A DNA stretch of 58,504 nucleotides from Halocafeteria seosinensis (lineage: Eukaryota), in NCBI GenBank assembly GCA_001687465.1, contig LVLI01000360.1, positions 1-58,504 of the forward strand, read 5' to 3'. Position numbers and translations under genes: made by a program. Below are positions 10,628 to 21,643 of the stretch, piece by piece (within the stretch, counting starts at the first letter, position 1; the number at the start of each line of letters is the position of its first letter). Under the pieces are notes generated by a model that was given only the letters and a program-made list of their open reading frames with translations, had not been told where the DNA came from and searched no databases.

Positions 10628-12425
10628 TTACAACCTGGGTACCCGTCTAGTGGCTAATTGGATAGTGCGGGAAAGTAATGATATCCCTAACGTTCGCTCC
10701 AAGTTTCCTAATGCTCCAATGCCTCCATAATCGGTTTGCGATACCTTTATGGTTTTCATACCCAATGCCATTGCGGGCTTCAGATTGGCCTGGAACTCCA
10801 AAACGAATGGAGCTGAGAGTGTACCCCAGCGATATTGTTTAGACTTACCCCGATATCGTCCAGGTACACTGCCTTGGTTGGTGGGACTTTAAGTTCATCA
10901 ATGGTCACTTCGAAAATAGATGAATGAGGCTTCTTCTGACCCAGAACACAAGACTCAGTTACAACGTCCATTTGTCGCCGCAATTGAGACATCAGCTTCT
11001 CTACTCGTGTTCGATCTTTTTCGTCCGCTATTTTATAATTGTTTGTTATGATTCCCGTCTTATATCCCTCCTTACGCAAAATATCGATCGCCTGCAAGTG
11101 TTGGCGGCTAGTAACGCAGAGGTTAACACTTGCGATAAATACCAACATACATGTTCCATTAAAGGGCGCCTTCGTAGGGAACTTGTAATTGCTTGTAGCA
11201 GCTCTCGTCCATCTACGCGCCCGAGACCAAACTTTTCGCATTCTACAGAAAACTCATGTTCAAACCCGTTTGAGTCGATTTCTCCGCGCTCTAACTTCGC
11301 GAAAGACCCCTCTTCGCCCGAACCACTTATTACCCTGTAGTATTCAAACTCATTTTCACTTTAGTACTACACTGATTGACACGCCAGTGAATTCTTACCT
11401 TGCAATGCTGAACGACTCTAAATTATGCTGCGTTTCAAACTTGCTGATAGCTCTGAATGGGGATTCCAAGAGGACTCCACCCAGGTCAAAGAGCACAACA
11501 GAATAAGAGTCTGCACATGTCGGAGTAAAGGGGTCTTGGTCCACTGGCTCTTGTTTTCTACCGTGTCTTCCTTCTCCACGGGCGAACTTAGAAGCTCCAG
11601 CTACAGCTTCTTTCATCGAATCAGCGCCATATTCGTACTCCGTAGCCAATGCGTCGTTCTCCGCGAGACCGGCACTCTCATATACAGATCTTCTATCATT
11701 TCGCATACATCTTTGTGGGCTGCAAACGATCAAACAATCCAATAAATTGATTCGTTAAATCCACAAAATTACGGAAACGAAAGCAAGAAAACATACAACT
11801 GCGCGATTGCGTTGGCCAGTTTCCGTGCCTCGTGGGAAACCCAGCCGTCTTCTACCACTCTATTTGCTAATCCGATTCGGTAGGCTTCATCTCCATCAAT
11901 CATCCTTCCTGTCAGAATTAAGTCCATAGCATGGGATTGGCCCACCAGTCTGGGAAGCCGAACCGTTCCTCCATCAATCAGTGGAACTCCCCAGCGCCGG
12001 CACAACACTCCCATTTGAGTGGAATGCCCAACCACTCGAAGGTCAGCCCAGCACGCTAGCTCCAATCCGCCGGCTACACACGACCCATTAATTGCGGCAA
12101 TGACTGGTTTCGTCAAGCTCATCCGCGTGGGTCCCATGGGTCCTTCGGCATCTCCCACTGGGTACACATCGTTCGGAGTACCTTGAGCCACCGCTTTCAA
12201 ATCAGCTCCAGCACAAAAGTGTCCGCCGGAGCCTCCCAAGATAGCTACTCGCGCCGTACGGTCTTCCTCAAAAGCGCGGAACGTGTTGGCCAGTGCGTGA
12301 GCGGTGCCCCTATCTACGGCATTTCGTGCAGCCGGGCGGTCAATGAGAATCTCCCAAACAAGTCCGTCATTCAGGATAGAGACCTGCAAGGTCTCAAATG
12401 TTGGCGAATCCGGTATATGTTCCAT
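10628..12425 (-). CDS. Enoyl-CoA hydratase/crotonase fused to an ACAD10/epoxide-hydrolase-N-type HAD domain; 4 introns; ends ...RRVPRL*
   Basis: Crotonase motifs FCAGADLK, AGGLELA, CRRWGVPLIDGGTVRLPRLVG and FARGEGRHG continue in the same exon into HAD motif I (VLFDLGGVL). Later exons give GIITNN, ESCVLGQKKP and YLDDIG|ANLKPA. Confidence 0.85.
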
Positions 12426-13032
12426 ATTTTACACCGGCCCTCGCCAGAGGCATACAGAGCCAAGTATGGACGGAGAGACTCTGGACAATACAGGGTCGCT
12501 CTACATACTAGAGATAGTCTAGAGCCTGGGGAAATACGGGTGTGAAGGTCGTAGAGACCAACCGCAGTGTGCACATGTTTCTCAGACGCAGCAATATTTT
12601 CGAGCATGGTACGAAACGAACAGTTCCATCTAGCTTCTACTATAACAGTGTCCCTCAGGGATGGACAAATGCAGGGCAGCGTCCCATTCAGACTACGCTA
12701 CCAAGTAGGAGAGCATTGAATTTCACAGGAGTGACATTACCGGGGTAATTTACAACTACCAAAGCGATGCCACGACTGCAATCAAGTTGCTACAGTTACC
12801 TTAGTTAGATTGGGAGTTTTACTAAGCAATCTGATACCGTAATACTGGAGAAGATTCTCAGCAGTTCGGTATCGTGCATTTCTCTCTGCCTTTCTTACGT
12901 ACACTGCTCGAGATTGATCTCTAGCACTGTATACATTATTCTTGTAGCATAAGAAATGAGACAATCACGTGCAACCTGCAAGGGTTCGTTGCGTTCCTAC
13001 CAGGTCCGCGATTCACCGTATCCATTGGTCGT

Positions 13033-13411
13033 TTAGCCGCTGAGATACTGGAAGTAGTACAAAGCTGCTCCGGCAGCTGCCAATGCTAAGGCCCCAACCA
13101 GTATCACAATCCCCCCTGAGTTATCCTGCGTCGACCATTCTGCAACCACAAGTCAGGGGAACAACCGCAGTGAAAAGGACGCTGTGTCAAACAACGCATG
13201 TTCTTCACCCCAGGCACATACCTTTGGAGTTGCTTTTTATCCCCTTGCGCGCTCTCAATTGGCTGGCCGACAGGTTATCGTCCGGCAATGATCCTCCAGC
13301 ATGGTACCTCTTCCTTAGCTCTGATGCTCCAAATTGATCGTCTGCAAACCCATATTGTGTGTGTATAGCCGAATTGGATATTCACTGGGTGCAGCAGCAC
13401 GTACCTCCCAT
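13033..13411 (-). CDS. Small (77 aa) predicted tail-anchored membrane protein, 3 exons (13411-13405, 13341-13222, 13139-13033)
   Basis: Two canonical introns (63 and 82 nt) give MGDDQFGASELRKRYHAGGSLPDDNLSASQLRARKGIKSNSKEWSTQDNSGGIVILVGALALAAAGAALYYFQYLSG*, with a C-terminal hydrophobic helix. Confidence 0.75.
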
Positions 13412-14125
13412 TTTATCTCATTCGATATACAATCATAAAAGTATCCAATACCATCAACAGGCCATCGTCTGAGATAGATCTCAGCGATACACATCAAATA
13501 ATGCTTCTTCCAAGCCAAATGAAGCCATGAGAATCCATGATGGGTCGAAGATGCTCAACCTAACGACCAGGTTCAACCAGGACAAGTGAATTGCCACTAA
13601 TGTGATAATGTAAAGGTTTGTCAGCCCCCGCAACGTATTGTTGGCTCCAGTAACGTGGGATAAAAGAATTTCCCAGTTAATGTTACTGCAGAGTGAAGAT
13701 GTAGAACATCAAAGAGGGTACGTATGTGTTTGTTTTGAGGAGACTCCTTCTGGAAGCTCGATGAAGAGATTACGCATTTATCAAATTAGCACACCTTGGA
13801 GAACTGAAATATCATTGGTGATGAATATGCACTTGTCTGAGAGCTATACCGGAATGGATTCAACTCGATGTTATCGTCATGTACGAGCTAGTTGTCTAAT
13901 TATCTGTCTTTGTCCTGTATTACAGACTCCTTTTTGGCAGAGTTCGAGGGGTAGCCTTCTTTTGAGTCATTGACCGACGATAGACGGCTGAGAAGGAAAT
14001 TTTCAGTCGGGGATTGACGACTTGCCAGCCACCCACACACTGTACACAACACACAAAAGAAATGAACTGCATTGCTTCTGTATTGTGTCCCTGTAGGGCC
14101 TGTAACTGGCATCGTAGTACAGACC

Positions 14126-14716
14126 CTATGTAGGGTTCGCGAATTCCGAAATCATCTTTCGGAAGTTTTCTATATTGTCTTCTGCATTTTGTATAGGTAA
14201 GGAACAGTAGAACGGTTCTATGTTGTTGATAGTAATCGCTATCTCGCGAGACATGCTCTCTTCATTGAGATGTTGACCAGGTGGAACGGTCGCCAATTCA
14301 CGAATTATGTTCTGGTATAGATTCAAGAATTCTTTCATTCCGCTTGGAATACGAGTTGGTTGCTGAGTTTCGCGCTGCAACTCTTTCACCAATTTCACTG
14401 CCAAGGACGATTCTTGCCACGAGGTAGCCCGACTTCGATAGTCACACACAATAAAAACCAAGACCATTGCTATGTAATATGCGTTGTGTGGTTGACTATT
14501 ATCGTCATCTTTCCTTATAAAGTAACGCTGCAGGAATTGCTCAAAACGCTTGTAGCTCCATGTATCGCCTTTGGCCTGGTGGTACTCCCTCACACATCCT
14601 TTCAGTGTCTCAACCGTGTTTCCTCGACGGCGGCCGTTCGCTCCGAATACACCACTTATTTTGTCAGTAAAGCTCGGTTCGGGTCTGCTACGCTTTTGTT
14701 GCATTTTGCTTGACAT
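14126..14716 (-). CDS. Hypothetical protein, 196 aa, probably helical
   Basis: Longest ORF in the interval, with an ATG start and protein-like composition; no family recognised. Confidence 0.55.
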   Translation of the reverse strand: MSSKMQQKRSRPEPSFTDKISGVFGANGRRRGNTVETLKGCVREYHQAKGDTWSYKRFEQFLQRYFIRKDDDNSQPHNAYYIAMVLVFIVCDYRSRATSWQESSLAVKLVKELQRETQQPTRIPSGMKEFLNLYQNIIRELATVPPGQHLNEESMSREIAITINNIEPFYCSLPIQNAEDNIENFRKMISEFANPT

Positions 14717-15016
14717 GTCTTGCGCTCAAAGAGTACATATACGTCAAGATACTCGATCGCGGTCCGCAAGTTGAATCGGTGCCGCATATGATGAGGTTCA
14801 CTGTGGGTTAGATTACGACAGCGCTGTATGCATTTGACCGGATCTGAACACATTTCAATTCACGTTCCATTGATGCAATGCAACCGCTGATTCAGCCATT
14901 TTCGACGACGTATCGACGTAGATGCCAATGTGAAGCTAACCAACGTCAAGACTACCCTTAGGTAGTAGTTTTTATTGGGTTTAATACATGCGTTTATACC
15001 ATCGCGTTCGGTCAAA

Positions 15017-16147
15017 ATGGCGGCTTTGAAGCCGTCAACGATGTCGAAGGATAGGAAACACGATAGAACGAGTAAAATTGTTCTCGTCGTAGTATTTTAT
15101 TTCGCGATATCGATCAGTCTAGTCTTCCTAAATAAGGTATATGGGACGTAAATGGCCGTGTGTTCAATCCAAGCATACATGTTTCCTTGCTTGACTTTCC
15201 TACAGGTTCTGCTGACAGACTCGGGGGCGTCTATCCCAGCGCCCTTGTTTGTTACTTGGTTCCAATGCTTGTTCACGGTGTTGTTGCTGCGAGGTCTTGG
15301 CACCCTCCGGAAGAACTATGTCCATATTGAGTGGCTAGCACAGTTCCCTGTAAGTCTGGTGTTATTTTACACAGTGCCTTTAAACTGTGACACTGGACTA
15401 TAACATCCTATGCTACTGCAGGCGCTGGAACTTGATTTCGAGGTTGCGAAGAATGTAGCACCTCTGTCGCTCGTCTTCGTTGGAATGGTTGCTTTCAATA
15501 ACTTATGCCTGAAATACGTTGAAGTATCCTTTTATAATGTAGCCAGGTCTCTGACCTTGGTGTTTAATGTAGTGCTATCGAGATACTTCCTCGGTTCCTC
15601 TATTTCAGGAGCTTCGCTCTTGTCTATCGCAGCGGTCGTACTTGGCTTTATACTTGGAACACGCGGGGAAGTTCATTTCAGTCTACTCGGCACATCATTT
15701 GGTGTACTGTCGAGTCTTTTCGTAAGTCTCAACGGCATACTGACGAAGTCAACTCTGCAGGCAGTCAAAGAGGACAAGTGGGTCTTACAATTGTATAACA
15801 ACTTGAACGCTTCCGTCTTTTTCCTGCCGTTGATTGCTATGTCGGGTGAACTCAACACGATATACATTTACGGGCATCTGCTACTTTCAGTTAGATTTTG
15901 GTTTTCAATGGTTCTCGCAAGTTTGTTTGGCTTTGCCATTGGAATTGCAACTATCTTGCAAGTGCAGGTGACTTCTCCGCTAACCCATAACGTGGTAGGG
16001 ACGGCAAAGGCTGCGTTACAAACGGGGTTGGGCTTTTCTATTTGGAAAAACCCTACAACAACCTCAAATGTAGTGGGTATAGCCTTGGTATTACTTGGAT
16101 CGCTTCAATACGCTTATGTACGTCACGGAGAAATGAAAGGACCCTGA
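15017..16147 (+). CDS. SLC35C1: GDP-fucose transporter (SLC35C1-like nucleotide-sugar transporter), 2 introns
   Basis: YFAISISLVFLNK|VLL, APLFVTWFQC, FNNLCLKYVEVSFYNVARSLT, QVTSPLTHNVVGTAKA; multi-pass membrane protein. Confidence 0.88.
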
Positions 16148-16461
16148 AGTTAAAGAAAGAGCACTCCGAATACGGAATTTATCGAATCCGATACTAGACT
16201 GTCAATAGAATATGAAGCCGAGGCGACAACAAGCAATTTGATAGGAAGAAATATTTCGTGAGGATTCCCAGCATAAGAGTGTGACTATTGACCCCAGCAA
16301 GACATGGATGACAACTTGAAACGATTTCAAACTGGTTGCCTTACCGCTACCTTTCGAGAATGATGCTCAAGGGCACCAGCTATCCTACAGGAAGTTTCAC
16401 GCACAAGTTCGAGAATTCTCCCAGTCATGGTAGACTAGAGTAGAAAGTCTTGGCGAAGAAC

Positions 16462-17014
16462 ATGCACAATTTTCGTGGTCTGAAGCAGTACGCGGGCTTA
16501 GGCAGAGGAGCAGGAGTTTATGTGGCCACGGAGGAGCATGCCGTTTTTGCTTTAGGAGCTACTGGTTTTGTGGGATACCTTCATCAATACCTTACGCGGT
16601 ATACTACTGTACCACGAAAGCGACTCCCCAGCTGTGCAAGACAATATTACGCGGCACCGCCCATGTTTATAATGTCAAAGCACGGTATAAACCAATGAAT
16701 AGGCTGATTTTTTCCCCATACACTGTGGTTCACCATTTGGCTCTAGTTCGTTTACAGCTCGCACAGAGGAAGTTCCGCAGGGTAACGTCCAGCGCACCTT
16801 TTTGGAGGTGGAATATCCATTCTTTTCTAAAGCAAAATTCGATATCAACGAAATCTCCTGGATGCATTATGCTGCATATCATTCTAACGCTTGTAATGAT
16901 GCCTTGATGATGCACGCATTGACATTGTCGGAACCGGGAGCGTCGGACGACGTAAGGTCCAGGTTGACTCAAATGAGTCAAGGCCCACAGCCACGTCGCC
17001 TCCGGCCGGTTTGA
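16462..17014 (+). CDS. Hypothetical protein, 2 exons (intron 16685-16757)
   Basis: A 73-nt GT-AG intron joins the two short ORFs at 16450 and 16802 in frame; no family recognised. Confidence 0.45.
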
Positions 17015-17846
17015 TACCGTATTGCACAGTATCCACACGTACGCGAGGGTAGTCGCTACATTACGCGGCTGCGTTATCACTCCAGAAAAGCCTTATCCGA
17101 CTGTTAATGGTGCTTTCGGATAGCACGTGATTCGGCGACGTTTTTCTTCGTACCGGTATGTCCACGATTTGTTTGTTCGTCTTCCAGCTCCCCTCGGAGC
17201 TCCCCTTGTCGCCTTCCCTTCCAGCAGGTTCTTGAAGCTTACACAAAAAGAACCCGCCGGATTGTAAGAGCAGAACGCAGTGTACTATTGCCGAAAACGC
17301 TACCACTGCACGAATCATGGAAACACAAGCAATTTGTGCAATTGCAGTTCAATTGAGAGAAAGCAAAGAAAGAGAACCCGCCTATACGGAAGAGGTTTTG
17401 GTAGCAAGGTTGAAGGGGCCTTCGCCTTCGTACTGGGGTTTCTTCTGCGTTTTGTAGGTGCAGTGGCTACCTTCTTGCACGTGGTACACAGGGTAAAAGG
17501 TGGGTAACTTTTGTTTAAATTCAGAGGTACACTATTTTCCTTGTGAGCTATAATGAAAAGGTATCCAACATGTTGAACCTGCAAGGACGCTGGGTTTTTA
17601 CCTTTTTTGTTGTTTCTCTGGGGGTGTCCGAAGGGGGAAATGAAACCTTGAGATGCAGTGCATAATCTTCCTGCATGCTGCCACTAGGGGAAAGATGTTT
17701 GCCATCCCCTTAACGTACTTTGGCACATCTCTCATTGTAATAATGTGGTGTTCTATTGCTTTGGTGATGCAGCCCGTAGCGAACCTGGACTCTGAGCCGA
17801 GTTTCCACCGGAGTTTGAAAAGCGAGGACACAGCACAGACAGTAGA

Positions 17847-20800
17847 ATGGATCCGAGATTTCGACTCCGTTCGTGCATGTCCTCGTCGGTGTCGAAAGCA
17901 CCGAACGATGATGAGGAATTTGAGGTCGTGGAGGAAGCGGTGACGAAGTGGCTGAATCACCATATACGGCACCATGAACTGTATAAGAACTCTAGTACGG
18001 GATATGCAAAACTTATCACAGACATGTGCGACGACTGCAGCAGCGCGATACCGCTGCTTTCTGTGCTCGAAGTGTTGTTTGATACCAGGCTGACACACTT
18101 GCAATGGTGGTTGACCAGTGAAGAAGATGAAAAACACGTAGAAAAGATGTTCGTCGTTGCCAAACCTGACCAGAAGGATCGCTTATATCCACGGGTTGCA
18201 CCGATCTATGTCTGGGAGAGGGCGTTGAATTTTTCCGTTCTTATATCAGCGCTAAGACGATGGGGAGTGGACGTAACTACGCTACGCCGAAAACGCAATG
18301 CCCAGGCTGACACTGTGGACGGAAGTTTCCGTTCCTCTTCGGTCGACGTACATATAGCATCGGGTGCGTATGCCGTTTTCTGGTTCACTTACGTGATTTT
18401 AATTGACCTCTTTTCATCCGATTCCAGGGCTTCTTTCAAAGGTTGGCAATATTGAACTTGATGGTTTACTGGAAGTGGTGAAGTTGATGTCTTTAGCTAG
18501 TCTCTACCCTCAGTTTGACTGCGCAGACGTAAGATATCAGCCTGGCTATGGGGTTGCCACATCTGCTTACAAAGTCGTGTATCACTTCTGGGCGCAGACA
18601 CTGCTGTTCCACCTCGAAAATTTGGTTGATCCCTCCGCGGAAGAGAGTCTCGGATTGAGCGAAGTTAGAGATTTGTTTTCTTCTGGTGAGTAGTTAGAAC
18701 GTACAATTCGCGTTTTTCCGCTCCTAGCCACGTCTTTGCCGCAGAGCGACATTGGTCATCTTTCAAAGAGGGTCTCTGTGTAGAATTCGATTCGAATATG
18801 GAGACGATAGAACACATTTTTGAGAGGTCTTTCGCCTCCTTTGGGTTAACCTTGCCGAACAAGCGAGAGATTTGCAGTGACTACGAGGACTTATGCTTTC
18901 TAGTGGTTTGTGATATTTTGCGTCGTTGTCGGTTCCTGGTTCACCGTGAGAACACTGATATCGCGGAGTGTAAACATATGCTGCGGCAGGAGCTGGAGGA
19001 TACATCTGACAACGTCGCATCACTAATGGAAGGTTTTTGCTTGGCAATCTCCTTCTGGAACGTGTTACTGCGAGAATCTACTGATCTTCCAATTGCTTCA
19101 CAAAACATGCAGGGGGTTTACGATGTGGCTAAAGGCGTTGCCGAGAGGGCTGACATACAAAGCATGGTCGAACTCATTTTTCAGTTTTACAACGGTTTAC
19201 CTGGCAATGCTGTGGCGTCCACAATTTCCATGGGAAAAGCATCAAGAGCAATGTCGCAGATATGGGGAAGTGATTTGATGGTAGTGAGTGCTAAATACTG
19301 CTCGCTGAAGTTCATGTCATTTGCTGAGATGCTTGTGAGACCGGCACTGTCTTCGCCGGAAAAGTGCAAGCAACTTACAGCGTGTTGCTTCCAATGGGTG
19401 CGCCGAATCATATATGTGGTGGAGATGTTACGAACCCGCACAGACACCAGTGCTATCGAAGATACAGTGTGGAGGAAAACAATGGGCTCGCGTGTGCTTC
19501 GTCTGCGGCGACGGACCAGCAGCACATCTACCCAGATTTCCCAGACAACCGGTGAAAACCCACCCTCCCGAAGAAAGGGTTCTGAGGAATGTGCGAAGAG
19601 TGTGCAACCAACGCCGAATACTCAGTCCCGAAAGAAAGGTTCTTCGCTTCGACACAATTCATGGAAATCTGGTACTGACGCAGATGAAAACGATCCTGTG
19701 GAACAGTTGGTTTTCGCGGGCGATATTGAAGATATTAAACTCTGTAGTGTGGATATCGTGCATGACTCACAGTTGGTTGCTATCATTTTTGCGGAGTTGC
19801 TGGCTTGGAAGTCAGTATTATGGCAGATATTTTTCACATGGTCTGAAGTGGGCACCCCGCGAGTTTACAGGGCCGCGAGCATGTCGTTGTTGTTTGAAAG
19901 TAAGGTTTCGCACACCATTCGTCGGTGCAGCTCGGGACTGGATAAAGTTTCCCCTGCTTTAGCGCTCGTTCGTGTTGCAGATGAGCAAAATGTTGAAGGC
20001 TGGCCTGAAACGGAGCAGAAGGAAGCGAGGTGTAGATCTCCCGGTGAAGCTGAGAACTGGTCTCAAGAGTCAGGTAGTACGGGAGCTTCCGACGTAGAAG
20101 TTGTTAGACCAGAGCATTTCGATTGCGCATTGGCCTCAGGACCAAAAGCTTCCGACAAAAGGATGCAACAAGGGATCGAGAAAGGGGCAGAATCACGGCG
20201 GGGAAACATCACATCCTCACCGCTGCGGCGTTGTTCCCTAAAGAATAGCAGCAGCACTTCACCTTGCGTGCAACATCAACAGAGCACCGACTTAGCAGAT
20301 AGAAACCGTGCCCAGGCTCTGGAGCCGACAGACGTTTCTATAGAGCGACCTATACTTAATGCAGAGTCGATGGCCAATTCCTCGGTATTCTCACCGGAGC
20401 GGGGTCAAATCCCCAACGCGAGTATGTTGTACACCCAGAATCGAAGCCCGGTGTTCTCAGCCGCGTCAACCAAGGACGAAACTACGGATGCCACTGCCTT
20501 CATGTCATCAGGTAGCTATAATAGTCCTGATCCGAATGCATTTGATGGTTGCATTACTCCTCGGCCAGCCGTGGATACTTTGTCAAAGATTAGGAAAGAA
20601 GCGGCAGGCGAAGGAATACCTGATGAAAGGAACGAAGCCACCGTGCACACCCAGAGAAGTAGTTGCAGCATCACCAGTTCCGGTAGTTCACCGTTACGGG
20701 AATGCGATGAAAAGAAAAGTCAAAATGTTTCCATGAACTCGATGCAGAGCTACATTCGCAAGAGTCGCCAAATTGAACTCGAGAGAAACATGTCGGAAAC

Positions 20801-21560
20801 ATTCCCCAGCACGTCAAAGAAAGTAGCACCGAGACAGCTTCTAGAGAGAGCTCTGATAGGTCAATGCGAGACAGAGAACCAAGACGCGGATCCGGAGCCC
20901 AGTTTGTCTACATGGATTCTTTCTTTTCGTTCCCATGTGAATTGTAATCAGCCTGAACATAATTACGTTTCCCGTAATTGGGACAAGGATGATATCAAGA
21001 AACAGTTGTCCATCTCCTTGGACTCACTCCTGAAGATCTTTAAAGACACTATGGCTCCTCCTCGAATAAAGCGAGCGTTTGAGAAGGTACAGACTGCGGA
21101 CCCCGTCATTTCCACGTACCAGATCTTTAATCTTTCTACGGAGGACATCAAGACAGCCTCAAAACTTCAGGAAATGGTTCTTCGTTCCACAGATTCTTCT
21201 GCAAGACCCCCTCGCCGACAACGGGACGCGCTAACGGAGTCATCTCCATCGCTCTCCCCGTCAGGTTTACAAGGAACAAGACTCAGAGGTCACTCCGTAT
21301 CGAGCGGCACAGAACATGCCTCGGCGTCGCCGTTGCCTCCATCCCAAGGACGAACTCGAGCCAGGGGGTGTTCTCTCTCCAGCTCTCCAGAAGCTGAAAC
21401 CAGTAATGATTGCTTCTCTTTTAACGAGTTTGTGCATTTTTTCTTACATTTGTGTTTATTAGAATGTGAAGACAGTGGTCAAGTTAAGACGACTGTCAGC
21501 AGACTTGTACAGGCTGCATCCACTTGTTCCCCTGACCCTGAGTCAAGTTATTTTTCGTGA
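17847..21560 (+). CDS. Large protein with a divergent N-terminal calponin-homology-like domain and a long Ser-rich disordered region; 2 introns
   Basis: AVTKWLNHHI...LITDMCDDCSSAIPLLSVLEVL...NFSVLISALRRWGV resembles a CH domain. GT-AG introns near 18364-18427 and 18686-18744 join three ORFs in frame. Confidence 0.6.
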
Positions 21561-21643
21561 AGCGTTAGTGGAACATCAATAATGTCACATCATGCATGTT
21601 TTCATGGTAATGTTCTACTGGTGGATTTGTTTTAGCTTTATTC

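Noticed and set aside
13315..13518. WW-domain-like DGIGYFYDCISNEIKWE in a 67-aa minus ORF
   Set aside because: It overlaps the 5' UTR and first intron of the better supported 77-aa gene in another frame, and lacks the terminal Pro of WW domains.
17020..17846. Several short ORFs on both strands
   Set aside because: I could not build a consistent spliced model or find a recognisable motif; left unannotated.
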